From an uncultured bacterium (GTDB taxonomy: Bacteria; Zhuqueibacterota; QNDG01; DTFT01), in assembly GCA_963736115.1 (NCBI GenBank), contig CAVTNR010000014.1:32001-96000 (forward strand): 64,000 nt of DNA. Direction: 5' to 3'. The first letter of the stretch is position 1; each line of letters begins with the position of its first letter. Of the stretch, positions 47,230 through 56,961 are shown one piece after another. The notes under the pieces were generated by a model. That model was given only the letters and a program-made list of their open reading frames with translations. It was not told where the DNA came from and did no database searches. The position numbers and the translations under genes were made by a program.

Positions 47230-48885
47230 ATGGAAGGAGAAACCTTGAGAATCGCAATGGTTGCGCTGGCCTGCATCGGCCTCGGCTGGCTGTCAGGATG
47301 CGGCCCCGGAGCTGAGGAAAAAGCCGCGGCTGAATTCGTCGCTGAAAAAACGGCTGAACTCGAACCGCTCATGAAAGCAGCGAATCTCGCCTACTGGAAG
47401 GCTTCCACGACAGGCGATGAAACCGCGTACGCGGAATACGCTGAGGCTGATCTTGCGATTCGAAAGGTGTATTCGGACTCCGCGGGATTCGGCCTGCTCG
47501 CCGGATGGAAAAAGGACCTGAAAAAGGCCGATCCGCTCCTGTTCCGCAGAATAGAACTCCTGCACAACGCCTTTCTCATCAACCAGGTCGAACCCGGTCT
47601 GCTCAAGGAAATCGCGGACCTGGCCGCAGCCACTGAAGGCCGGTTCAGCACGTTCCGGGGCCTCATGGACGGCAAGCCGGTCACTGCGAACAAAATCAGC
47701 GAGATACTCAAGGAATCCCGCGATTCGGCGGAGCGGAAGAAGGCCTGGCAGGCCTCCAAGCAGGTCGGGGCCGCGGTCGCGGACGATGTGATACGGCTCG
47801 TCAAGCTCCGGAACCGCGCAGCTCAGGCCGCGGGATACGACAATTACTACAGCCTCGCGCTCGCTGCCGCGGAACAGGATGCGGCTGAGGTCAGCCGGCT
47901 GTTCGATGCACTTTACAGTCAGACGGAAGAGCCGTACGGACGGGTGAAGGCGGAAATCGACTCCCTGGTAGCGGCTCAGTCCGGCGTCCGGACCGCGGAT
48001 CTTCGGCCCTGGCATTACCGGGATCCCTTCTTCCAGGAAGCGCCTCAGGCTGGCTTGGAGGAACTGGACCGTTTCTACAAGGGTCGCGACATCAGCGGCC
48101 TGGCATCCGCCTATTTCACGTCCATCGGCATGCCTGTCGATTCCGTTCTCTCGAAGAGCGATCTGTTCGAGCGCGAAGGCAAGAACCCGCACGCGTTCTG
48201 CACGGACATTGACCGGAACGGCGACGTTCGCATTCTCTGCAACATCCGCGACAATGAGCAGTGGATGGAAACCACCCTGCACGAGCTCGGGCATGCGGTG
48301 TATTCCTATTACACGGACCGGAGCCTGCCTTTCCTGCTTCGCGACGCTGCGCACGCCTTCACCACCGAGGGTGTGGCCGAGTATTTCGGCGCCTTGTCGC
48401 GCGATGCGGACTGGATGGAAGCGAATCTCAAGATATCGAAAGAGGACGCGGACCGTATCCGGCCTGCGGGAAGGGGCATGACCCGGGCCCAGAAGCTCGT
48501 TTTCGCGAGATGGGACATGGTCATGACCGCTTTCGAGCGGGGGCTGTACGAGAACCCGGACCGCGACCTGAACGCGTTCTGGTGGGATCTGGTCGAAAAA
48601 TACCAGGGCGTAAAACGGCCCGAGGGCCGGAACGAGCCGGACTGGGCGGCCAAGATCCACTTTGTCATGGCGCCCTGCTATTACCACAATTACCTGCTCG
48701 GCGAGATGTTCGCGTCGCAGATGCGGGTCTCGATCGCGTCCCTGCGCCCGGAACAGGTCGGCGGGTTTTTCCGAGAGAAGGTGTTCGAGCCCGGAACGCG
48801 GTATTCCTGGAACGAAATGATCAAAAGGGCCACCGGCGAGCCGCTGAATCCGAAGTATTTCACGGAAGAGGTGGTGAAGGAATAG
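47230..48885 (+). CDS. Gluzincin metallopeptidase (M2/M3/M32-like), lipoprotein
   Basis: LSGC lipobox; HELGH, TEGVAE, PDWAAKIH, YYHNY. Confidence 0.87.
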   Translation: MEGETLRIAMVALACIGLGWLSGCGPGAEEKAAAEFVAEKTAELEPLMKAANLAYWKASTTGDETAYAEYAEADLAIRKVYSDSAGFGLLAGWKKDLKKADPLLFRRIELLHNAFLINQVEPGLLKEIADLAAATEGRFSTFRGLMDGKPVTANKISEILKESRDSAERKKAWQASKQVGAAVADDVIRLVKLRNRAAQAAGYDNYYSLALAAAEQDAAEVSRLFDALYSQTEEPYGRVKAEIDSLVAAQSGVRTADLRPWHYRDPFFQEAPQAGLEELDRFYKGRDISGLASAYFTSIGMPVDSVLSKSDLFEREGKNPHAFCTDIDRNGDVRILCNIRDNEQWMETTLHELGHAVYSYYTDRSLPFLLRDAAHAFTTEGVAEYFGALSRDADWMEANLKISKEDADRIRPAGRGMTRAQKLVFARWDMVMTAFERGLYENPDRDLNAFWWDLVEKYQGVKRPEGRNEPDWAAKIHFVMAPCYYHNYLLGEMFASQMRVSIASLRPEQVGGFFREKVFEPGTRYSWNEMIKRATGEPLNPKYFTEEVVKE

Positions 48886-49057
48886 AGAAATTTCAACGCC
48901 GATCGCCCGGGATTCCGACGGTCCCGGGCGTAGAGTGGCTCATGATCGCGCCAGGGTTCTACCCTGGCACGCATCGTAAACCATGCGGCCAATTGCCTCG
49001 ATCACGCCGGGCTTGCACCTGGCAGAAAAAAAAAGCCAACTTTCCCGGGAGGCTCCC

Positions 49058-50446
49058 ATGAAACATAGATGCTTTATCCTGTTCGGATGCCTGCTCTTCG
49101 CCTCGATCCTGTCAGCCGATGACGGCTGGCAGAACCTGTTCAACGGCAAGAACTTGAGAAACTGGCAGGTTCTGAACGGAGACGGCGAATTCAGGATTGA
49201 AGACGGTGTCATCGTGGCCGTAAGCAGGATGGGCATCCCGAATACGTTTCTGTCCACGAAAAAGAGTTACGGCGATTTCATCCTTGAATACGATGTCCGG
49301 ATCGATTCGGGATTGAATTCCGGCGTGCAGATCCGCAGCCAGAGCCTGCCTGAATACCAGAACGGCCGCGTTCACGGGTACCAGGTCGAAATGGATCCCA
49401 CGCCGCGCGCGTGGACCGGTGGTATCTATGATGAGGCAAGGCGGGGATGGCTCTACAATCTCGAATGCAATCCGAAGGCGAAAGCGGCTTTCAAGCCGGA
49501 GGATTGGAACCATTTCCGGGTCGAGGCGATCGGAAACCACATCCGTGTGTGGCTGAACGGAACGCCCTCAGCGGATATCGTGGATGACATGACTCCAAAA
49601 GGATTCATCGCTCTTCAATCGCATGCCATTTATGCCGAAAGCGATGCGGGCAAAACTGTCCGGTTTCGGAATATCCGCATCCGCACTGACCATCTGGATG
49701 AAGTAAAAACACCGATTTCCCAAGAAATCCCCCAAAACAACTATCTGAATAACACCCTCACCGAGCGGGAAAAGAAGGATGGCTGGCGGCTTCTCTGGGA
49801 CGGCACAACCGCGGCTGGATGGCGGGGCGCCAAACTGAATCATTTTCCGGAGCAGGGCTGGAAAATAGCGGACGGCATGATCACAGTTATCAAATCGGGT
49901 GGGGGCGAGTCAAAGGGCGGCGGGGATATCGTGACCGTGAAGACCTGCAAAAATTTCGAGCTGGAGGTGGATTTCAAGATCACTGAAGGCGCGAACAGCG
50001 GCATCAAATATTTCGTGGATACGGAATTGAACAAGGGAGAAGGTTCGTCCATCGGGTGCGAATACCAGATTCTGGATGACAAGCTCCACCCCGATGCCAA
50101 ACTGGGCACTGCCGGCAACCGGACCCTGGCGTCTCTGTACGACCTCATTCCCGCGGACGCGCATTTCTGCGCGCCGAACGAGAGCACAGCCAAACGCGTG
50201 AACGAGTATGGCTGGAACCGGGCGAAGATCGTTGTGAACGGGAATCACGTGGAGCACTATCTCAACGGAATCAAAGTCGTCGAATACGACCGCCGCACCC
50301 AGGTGTGGCGAGCGTTGGTGGCGCGGAGCAAATATGCGGTCTGGCCCGGTTTCGGGGAGGCGGAGGAGGGACACATTCTGCTCCAGGACCACGGGGACGA
50401 GGTTTCATTCAAGAACATCAAGATCAGAGAAAAGGACGCGTCATGA
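49058..50446 (+). CDS. Secreted tandem DUF1080 (3-keto-disaccharide hydrolase) protein
   Basis: Two units LF/WNG..., NSG, GYQ/EYQ, WN, G.I.LQ.H, FRNI/FKNI. Confidence 0.9.
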   Translation: MKHRCFILFGCLLFASILSADDGWQNLFNGKNLRNWQVLNGDGEFRIEDGVIVAVSRMGIPNTFLSTKKSYGDFILEYDVRIDSGLNSGVQIRSQSLPEYQNGRVHGYQVEMDPTPRAWTGGIYDEARRGWLYNLECNPKAKAAFKPEDWNHFRVEAIGNHIRVWLNGTPSADIVDDMTPKGFIALQSHAIYAESDAGKTVRFRNIRIRTDHLDEVKTPISQEIPQNNYLNNTLTEREKKDGWRLLWDGTTAAGWRGAKLNHFPEQGWKIADGMITVIKSGGGESKGGGDIVTVKTCKNFELEVDFKITEGANSGIKYFVDTELNKGEGSSIGCEYQILDDKLHPDAKLGTAGNRTLASLYDLIPADAHFCAPNESTAKRVNEYGWNRAKIVVNGNHVEHYLNGIKVVEYDRRTQVWRALVARSKYAVWPGFGEAEEGHILLQDHGDEVSFKNIKIREKDAS

Positions 50447-51777
50447 GCGAAAACTGGTCGAGACGGGACTTCATCCGGAACGCGTCCGCAGCTTCCCTGG
50501 GATTGACGTTCGGCATGACCGCTTTACGCGCAAAAGGCCAAAGCCGGATCATCGGCGCGAACGACCGGGTGAATTTTGGGGTCATCGGATTGCACGGCCG
50601 GGGGCGCGAGCATATCCTGTCCATCAACGCATGCCCGAACGCGGCAGTGACCCATGTGTGCGATGTGGATCAGCGAGAACTGGAACGGGGCGCGGCGCTC
50701 GTGCGGGAGGTTTCAGGAAAATCGCCTCAAACGGTAAAGGATTTCCGCGTCCTGCTTGAAAGCAGGGATGTGGACGCGATTGCCATAGCGACACCTGAGC
50801 ACTGGCACGCGCCCATGGCCATACTCGGGTTGCAGGCCGGCAAGCACGTGTATGTGGAGAAACCGTGCAGTCACAATCCGGCCGAGGGCGAGATGCTGAT
50901 CCGGGCACAACGGAAAACTCAAAGGCTCGTGCAGATGGGCAATCAGCAGCGGTCCTCGCCCCACACGCAGGAAGCCATGCAGAAAATTCACGAAGGCATC
51001 ATCGGCCGAGCCTGTTACGGCAAGGCCTGGTACAACAACAAACGGCCGGGTATCGGGGTGGGGCGCCAGGTTCCCGTGCCTGCGGAACTCGATTGGGATC
51101 TCTGGCAGGGGCCGGCGCCGAGGCGTCCGTACAAGGACAATATCCACCCCTACAACTGGCACTGGTTCTGGCACTGGGGCACGGGCGAAACCCTGAACAA
51201 CGGCACGCACGAGGTCGATCTATGCCTCTGGGCGCTGAACGTGAAAACTCCCGATTCCGTGAGCGCGAGCGGAGGCCGGTATCATTTCAAGGATGACTGG
51301 GAATTCTATGACACTCTGGTCACGGAATACGCCTACGCGGACAAGATGATCACCTGGGAGGGCAGAAGCTGTAACAACATGAACCAATACGGCCGGGGCA
51401 GGGGAGTGACGATTCACGGCACTGAAGGCACGGTCCTGATCGATCGAAACGGATATGAGATTTATGACAACGACAATAAGCAGAGTTTTTCCTTTTACAA
51501 ACCGGAGATGGACGCCACGACCGGATTGGCGGGCGGCGGGCCCATGACTGACGCCCATTTCGCCAATTTGGTCAATGCCATCCGGGTCGGAGAAAAGCTG
51601 AATTCGCCCATCGAAGAGGGAAATCTGAGCGTGACCATGCTGCTGCTCTCCAATATCGCGTGGAAGACGGGGCGGACATTGAAGCTCGATCCATCCAATG
51701 CGCATATACAAAAGGATAAAAGGGCAATGGCCCTGTGGGGCCGCGAATATGAAAAGGGGTGGGAACCGAAGGTGTGA
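50443..51777 (+). CDS. Tat-exported Gfo/Idh/MocA oxidoreductase
   Basis: SRRDFI Tat motif, [29 protein letters not shown]. Confidence 0.93.
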   Translation: MSENWSRRDFIRNASAASLGLTFGMTALRAKGQSRIIGANDRVNFGVIGLHGRGREHILSINACPNAAVTHVCDVDQRELERGAALVREVSGKSPQTVKDFRVLLESRDVDAIAIATPEHWHAPMAILGLQAGKHVYVEKPCSHNPAEGEMLIRAQRKTQRLVQMGNQQRSSPHTQEAMQKIHEGIIGRACYGKAWYNNKRPGIGVGRQVPVPAELDWDLWQGPAPRRPYKDNIHPYNWHWFWHWGTGETLNNGTHEVDLCLWALNVKTPDSVSASGGRYHFKDDWEFYDTLVTEYAYADKMITWEGRSCNNMNQYGRGRGVTIHGTEGTVLIDRNGYEIYDNDNKQSFSFYKPEMDATTGLAGGGPMTDAHFANLVNAIRVGEKLNSPIEEGNLSVTMLLLSNIAWKTGRTLKLDPSNAHIQKDKRAMALWGREYEKGWEPKV

Positions 51778-51912
51778 TCGGTTCTCCACTCGGCCCCCTG
51801 ACAAGCCTTCAATCATGATCCATCTGATTGATTGGTCCCGCGCAGCGGGAGGGGCAACGGGGGTTGCCTAAAGGTTTAACCGGACATTCATGTATATAAC
51901 TAAACTTGACTC

Positions 51913-53430
51913 ATGATCGTACGGGATGAGAAAATGACGCAGGAGCAAATTTCCGGGTCCGTGTCCCGCCGCTCTTTCCTCGTGTCCTCAGCTGCCGCAG
52001 GGCTTGCCCTGGTAAACGCACCGCGAGCATTGAGCGGTAAAACGAGTCAGCGGGTGATAGGCTCCAATGACCGGATCAGGCTGGGCATCGCAGGCTTGCG
52101 TATCAAAGGCGCCTATCACATAGACATGTTCCGCGAAATGGATGATGTGCAGGTGGCGGCCATCTGCGATGTGGACAGCGACATTCTGGCCCGTGAAGCG
52201 GCCAAATTCGCTACGGCTGGCGAATCCGTGAAAACCTATTCGGATTACCGTCGGATGCTTGAGTCCCCGGATATCGATGCGGTTGTCGTCTCTACCCCCA
52301 ATCACTGGCACTCCCTGATGGGCATATGGGCGTGTCAGGCGGGCAAGGATGTGTATGTCGAAAAGCCGGTTTCACACAGCGTATGGGAAGGCCGGCAGCT
52401 CATCCGTGCCGGCCAGAAATACGGCCGGGTGGTTCAGGCTGGGATGCAAAAACGATCGGATGAGGGGTTGATCGAGGCTTTCCGTTATATTCGCGCGGGG
52501 AATCTCGGAAAAATCACACTGGTGCGGGGACTGTGTTACAAGCGCAGGACCTCCATTGGAAAAGTGAACGGTCCCCAGCCTATCCCGAAGCAAATCGATT
52601 ATGATTTATGGACCGGTCCGGCAGCGCTCGAGCCGCTCAGGCGGGAAAACCTGCATTACGACTGGCATTGGTTCTGGAATACGGGAAACGGTGATATCGG
52701 AAACCAGGGCATTCATGAAGTGGATCTTTGCCGATGGGTGCTGGATGAACCCGGATTTCCCCGATCGGTCATTGCCTACGGCGGCAGGTACGGATATGAA
52801 GATGACGGCGAAACCCCCAACACGCAGGTCATTGTGTACGATTATGCATCGGCTCCGATGATTTTCGAGGTCCGGGGACTGCCCCGTTCCTCGGGCAGTG
52901 AGGCCATGGATGATTACAAGGGAACCCGGATCGGCGTGGTGATCCAATGCGAAAACGGATATTTTGCAGGCGGAGATGGCGGGGGATGGGCGTATGACAA
53001 TTCCGGAAAGAAGCTCAAGCAATTTATCGGAACCGGAGGCGTAAAAGAGCATGCCGTCAATTTCATCCGTGCGGTTCGGGAACGCAAGCCGTCCGATTTG
53101 AACGGCGCTATTGAGGACGGGCACATTTCGTCAGCGTTGTGCCATATGGGGAACATTTCCTATCGGTTGGGAACGGAAACGGATTACGATACAGCCGGCA
53201 AATCCATGTCAGGCGACTCCTGGATGGAAGACACGTTCAATCGGTTCGGCAGCCACCTGGAGAACAACAGTTTGTCCTTACCTGGAATTCGCGTGTGCGC
53301 CGGCCCCAGGCTGGAGGTGGATCAGGCATCCGAATCCTTTGTGAGCAAAGAGGCCTACGACCCGGCGTATTTCGCCAATCTTCTGCTGAGGCGGGAATAT
53401 CGAGCGCCTTTCGTGGTTCCTGAATTTTGA
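51913..53430 (+). CDS. Tat-exported Gfo/Idh/MocA oxidoreductase (start 51913 or 51934)
   Basis: SRRSFL, TPNHWH, GKDVYVEKP, YDLWTGP, GNGDIGNQG.H. Confidence 0.93.
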   Translation: MIVRDEKMTQEQISGSVSRRSFLVSSAAAGLALVNAPRALSGKTSQRVIGSNDRIRLGIAGLRIKGAYHIDMFREMDDVQVAAICDVDSDILAREAAKFATAGESVKTYSDYRRMLESPDIDAVVVSTPNHWHSLMGIWACQAGKDVYVEKPVSHSVWEGRQLIRAGQKYGRVVQAGMQKRSDEGLIEAFRYIRAGNLGKITLVRGLCYKRRTSIGKVNGPQPIPKQIDYDLWTGPAALEPLRRENLHYDWHWFWNTGNGDIGNQGIHEVDLCRWVLDEPGFPRSVIAYGGRYGYEDDGETPNTQVIVYDYASAPMIFEVRGLPRSSGSEAMDDYKGTRIGVVIQCENGYFAGGDGGGWAYDNSGKKLKQFIGTGGVKEHAVNFIRAVRERKPSDLNGAIEDGHISSALCHMGNISYRLGTETDYDTAGKSMSGDSWMEDTFNRFGSHLENNSLSLPGIRVCAGPRLEVDQASESFVSKEAYDPAYFANLLLRREYRAPFVVPEF

Positions 53431-53446
53431 TAGCCCGGGATACCGA

Positions 53447-53516
53447 AGTAGTAGGGTGAGCCGGTAGGCCCACCATTGATCGCGCCAGTAGTAGGGTGGG
53501 CCGGTAGACCCACCAT
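53447..53516 (+). repeat. Two tandem GTAG-REP copies (40-bp period)
   Basis: AGTAGTAGGGTGAGCCGGTAGGCCCACCAT and AGTAGTAGGGTGGGCCGGTAGACCCACCAT. Confidence 0.75.
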
Positions 53517-53876
53517 CATCACGGTCATTGCCCCAGGGTTCCAATCCCAAGCGAAAAGAGCCCAGATTTCCCTTGTTTTATTCTTTCTAAGGATTTATAT
53601 TAACTTCAATAATTTATTGCCAGTTGCAGTCCTTGTTCTCGATACGGGAGGGAATACATGCCGTTCGAAGTCAGGGAATTTTCCTCGAAAAATACTGGTA
53701 ACCGTCTGAACCCTGCAGGGTTTTCATTACTTATTCTACATTTCGTGCCTTTTTATTCCCTCTCCTTTTGTTCGATTTATTACAACTTATCAAATGCCTA
53801 TTTTAATCAAACTTATTCATTCGCTATTGGGAATATAGCATGAGAAGTCTCATTACAAAATCCTGTTCCATTCATT

Positions 53877-53960
53877 CCACTAATAGGAAAACGTTTTTCC
53901 TATTAGTGGGAAAAGCTCAATTTTACCCAGTGATAGGAAAATATTTACCAGTAATGGAAA
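53877..53960. promoter_or_regulatory. Perfect 15-bp palindrome plus two half-site direct repeats upstream of the putative attI
   Basis: CCACTAATAGGAAAA-CGT-TTTTCCTATTAGTGG; CCAGTGATAGGAAAA (53927) and CCAGTAATGGAAA (53948), 21 bp apart. Confidence 0.6.
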
Positions 53961-53974
53961 TATGTTTATAGTTT

Positions 53975-53999
53975 TGGAACCATCTAATAATAGTTATGC
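53975..53999 (+). other. Putative integron attI site
   Basis: CATCTAATAATA-GTTATGC; GTTATGCG is complementary to CGCATAAC at the start of the next attC; no attC-type hairpin upstream. Confidence 0.6.
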
Positions 54000-54063
54000 G
54001 AGATATATGTCAATACGATTTAAAATGAACTAATATAATTACAGGAAACGGATTATATACTTC

Positions 54064-54354
54064 GTGAAAACAATTTTAATAAATTTACTAGGAATAATTA
54101 TATATAGTGGTCCCGTAATTTTCTATTTAATAACCAGATTCATAGGGTCCATTAAAAATGATAGATTGACCAATAGATTGTTTGTAGGTCAAATATTATT
54201 TCAAGCGATAGTAGGCATAATATTAATATATAGATATTTTCAAAATAAGTTTATTATTGAAGATTTAATAGTATTGTTTATTTGTGGAGCAATCACAATA
54301 ATTATCGATATAATATATATTCCTATTAGATTAATTGAGTTAAACGGGAAGTAA
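54064..54354 (+). CDS. Cassette 1 gene: small AT-rich membrane protein (3 TM)
   Basis: Only ORF between attI and attC1; very AT-rich; GTG start. Confidence 0.55.
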   Translation: MKTILINLLGIIIYSGPVIFYLITRFIGSIKNDRLTNRLFVGQILFQAIVGIILIYRYFQNKFIIEDLIVLFICGAITIIIDIIYIPIRLIELNGK

Positions 54355-54406
54355 AATATACCAATTACAGATTTATAAATATTGATTAAACAGATAACTG
54401 ATTTTC

Positions 54407-54513
54407 GCATAACCCGTTAATCGTGCGGACGGTGCCCTAATCGGTCTTGACTTCCTGGAGGGGCGTGCAATGCGAAATATCCCATTGCCGCCCGCACATC
54501 AACCATGTTATGC
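54407..54513 (+). other. Integron attC site 1 (intact, 107 bp)
   Basis: R'' GCATAAC ... R' GTTATGC; TTAAT(C)GTGCGGACGG pairs with CCGCCCGCACATCAA with an extrahelical base. Confidence 0.88.
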
Positions 54514-54519
54514 GGATAT

Positions 54520-55167
54520 ATGAGGTATTCAAATATGATCATACGAATATTCCCGTCAGCTGTGATAAGGTACCCAGCGATAGTTCATCAGATAAAAATA
54601 AAGCTGACTATTTCCCTGTTGAATTGAACACTAAATGGACATATCAGTATTCATCATATTTTATTTCGAGTGGTTTTGATGGCGATTTCGTAGAAGCAAC
54701 AGATGAATGGGAAATTATAAATAAAACAATAAATGATACGGTTATAATTTATACAGTAAATAGAAATTCAAAGGAAGAATTTGAAAAGAAATATCAATTG
54801 AAGAATTGGTTAAAATACGATACAACCATAATAAATAATGAGATGAGCGTGTTCAATATTTATGAAAATATTCATTTAAATGTAATATCGATTGACTTAA
54901 AAGAAAGCGATAGTATGAATTACCTAAAAATGGAAATTATCATCTTGAACATTAAACGGAGTAGGATCAATACCACCTGGAAGTATGGTTATGTTTCGAT
55001 TTGGTGATTATATCGTTGGCCATGGTCTAGTCAGGGAAGATATCAAACCTATAAATATAAAAATAGAAGGTGTGACGTATCATGGTCTTATTAAATTTGA
55101 TAAACAATCTATAAAAATTTATCCAATAATCATTACCCATAAAGTTATTAGAAAAATATCTTACTAG
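54520..55167 (+). pseudogene. Cassette 2 gene: AT-rich lipoprotein-like ORF, apparently frameshifted/degraded
   Basis: SCDK...DYFPVELNTKWTY segment without an in-frame signal peptide; split into 54447-55007 and 54985-55167. Confidence 0.5.
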
Positions 55168-55249
55168 AAATCTGTCGGTTGCTCAACCATATTATAAACT
55201 TGATGCATACAAATTATTAGATACATTATTGATTAAAATACTAAAATTG

Positions 55250-55280
55250 GCATAACACGATCATTCTCGGGACGGTGCCC
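55250..55280 (+). other. attC site 2, left half (interrupted by IS110-family element)
   Basis: GCATAAC-AC-GATCAT(T)CTCGGGACGGTGCCC, homologous to the attC1 left arm. Confidence 0.85.
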
Positions 55281-55299
55281 CTTTAAAAAGGACAAAGTC

Positions 55300-55590
55300 A
55301 AGTATAAAATATCCTCTCGGGCGAAAACAATATGTTTTCGCCTAATGTAAAGATGGTTTGGATTGACGTAACAGCGTTCGTTCTTTGAAAAACTCTGTCT
55401 CTGTGCCGATTCAATATCGTTGAACGTCAATGGCGTCCATACCCCTTTCCGGGCTTGACTCTCTCAGATCGAGAGCGTTCCGAAATCGTCTCAGAACTAT
55501 CCCAGATATCTTATCGGCACTGCGAGCCTGACTTCCCAATCCCTACTGCGGATCTCTAGGATCCAGCACCGTCCCCGGGCTTGTCGGGCT
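55300..55590 (-). ncRNA. Predicted bridge/seek RNA of the IS1111-type element (ends approximate)
   Basis: Minus strand: GGGACGGTGC-hairpin-AGTAGGG matches both strands of the target; AAGATATC...AAAGGGG matches both strands of the circle junction. Confidence 0.78.
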
Positions 55591-56589
55591 CGGCCAGTGA
55601 CGCACTTTTACTCGTGTTAGTTTTTTCCCTTTAAAGGTAAAATCATAATCAGATTTCTTGGTGATGACGTGATACACGATACGGGCCAGTTCTTTGGCAA
55701 CCAGGTTCCGTGCAAGGTGTTTGTTTTTTTTACGGCATTTTCTTTGATAGAAGTCCCGGATTTCAGGGTAATTCGTGTAGGCGCTAACAGCCGCATCGTT
55801 GAAAACAATTTTTAGATAGTTATTGCCGGCTTTTGATTCTTTTTTGCCGTGCTTGCATTTTCCGCCCGAATTGGAAGCCGCAGGCACGACTCTCGAATAG
55901 GAGAAAAACTTTTTTTCCGTTGGGAATCTTGAAAAATCCCCAACTTCGAGAAAAATGGTGAATGCACTGATTTTACCGATACCTGGAATCCAGAGAATTC
56001 TCTGAACATCCTCATTGAGGACGACTTGAGGATAAATCGTTTTTTCCAGTTCTTTGACTTGTTCGTTTAGGAAATTGACATGCTCATCAAGCTGCTTGTA
56101 CTGAAATTGAAAAAGACCGGGTAGATCATCAGGATCGGTTACGTTGAATTTCTCAGTCAATCGGCAGATACTGTTTACGACACACGTTTTTCTTTGAATC
56201 AGGCGAAGTCTGGCTCTCATGAGATCGCGTTTATCCCTGAGAACGGGATCGATTTGATGGGCTTCAGGTATATAATCGATTCTAAGTAATTGTGCCATGG
56301 TTGTGGAATCGATTTGGTCTGTTTTGATTTTAGCAGTGGATATGGCTTTGAGTTTGTTGGTATTGGCCAGGATCATCTCGATGCCGTTCCCGTGAAGCAG
56401 GTCGGCGATCCAATACCATCCATTTGTGGATTCGACGACAACTTTGTGTGTGTTGCCAAGTTGTTGAAAATAATTGAGTATTTTATCGGGATGATTGTAT
56501 ATTTTCTGTTGCTCGATGACAACGCCTTTCTCATCGACGGTTGTCAGGTGAGAGAAGCTTTTATGAAGATCGATGCCGGTGTAATACAT
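55543..56589 (-). CDS. IS110-family DEDD recombinase/transposase
   Basis: GIDLHK, VVVEST, KTD.ID, IPGIG, SNSGG; GGGAGG RBS before ATG 56589. Confidence 0.95.
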   Translation of the reverse strand: MYYTGIDLHKSFSHLTTVDEKGVVIEQQKIYNHPDKILNYFQQLGNTHKVVVESTNGWYWIADLLHGNGIEMILANTNKLKAISTAKIKTDQIDSTTMAQLLRIDYIPEAHQIDPVLRDKRDLMRARLRLIQRKTCVVNSICRLTEKFNVTDPDDLPGLFQFQYKQLDEHVNFLNEQVKELEKTIYPQVVLNEDVQRILWIPGIGKISAFTIFLEVGDFSRFPTEKKFFSYSRVVPAASNSGGKCKHGKKESKAGNNYLKIVFNDAAVSAYTNYPEIRDFYQRKCRKKNKHLARNLVAKELARIVYHVITKKSDYDFTFKGKKLTRVKVRHWPSPTSPGTVLDPRDPQ

Positions 56590-56678
56590 GACGGGCCTCC
56601 CTGCTGACATTGGTGATTTTATGCTAATTTAATCACCTTGAATGAAAAGGGAAAGGACGTCCTTTTTGAAAATATCCC

Positions 56679-56753
56679 TACTCAGTTGTGGCTTTTTGAA
56701 AGCTGTGCAATCCGTAACCGATCATGTCCGCCCCGAGATGATCACCGTTACCA
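56679..56753 (+). other. attC site 2, right half
   Basis: TACTCAGTTG...GTGCAATCCG...CCGCCCCGAGATGATC-ACC-GTT; complementary to 55259-55275. Confidence 0.85.
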
Positions 56754-56899
56754 TCTGGTTAGATGAGATTACTATAAACTATTTTAAAAAGTTAGCTGAT
56801 GAAATTGATGTGCCCTATCAGACATTAATCAATCTTTATCTAAGAGATTGTGCTGCTACTAATCGAAAACTATCTTTAAAATGTCGACCGGCCGGTTAA
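56747..56899 (+). pseudogene. 5'-truncated BrnA/CopG-type ribbon-helix-helix antitoxin
   Basis: VTIWLDE.TI.YFK.LA.E..VPYQTLINLYLRDCA; begins exactly at the attC2 GTT. Confidence 0.72.
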
Positions 56900-56961
56900 T
56901 TTTCTCGGCCAACCCCAGATCCAATTGTGTCATTCGTTGAACCATACTGTGGAGCGAATCA

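Larger units (their letters stand above)
55281..56678 (-). mobile_element. IS110-family (IS1111-type) insertion sequence, about 1.4 kb, inserted at a CCC core in attC2
   Basis: Sub-terminal IRs TTTAAAAAGGAC (55282-55293) / GTCCTTTTTGAA (56659-56670); removing it restores a full attC; long non-coding region 3' of the recombinase gene. Confidence 0.9.

Noticed and set aside
53530-53870. Integron integrase gene expected upstream of attI
   Set aside because: No long minus-strand ORF and no tyrosine-recombinase motifs; only short, unconvincing ORFs.
55306-55352. AAAATATCC + hairpin + TAAAG as the donor-binding loop
   Set aside because: It matches the donor only if the RNA were antisense to the recombinase; the 55442-55512 pair fits the same geometry as the target loop. 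It may be an accessory repeat or a terminator.
56642-56899. 85-aa ORF as an intact gene
   Set aside because: Chimeric frame spanning the IS end, the attC right half and the antitoxin fragment.
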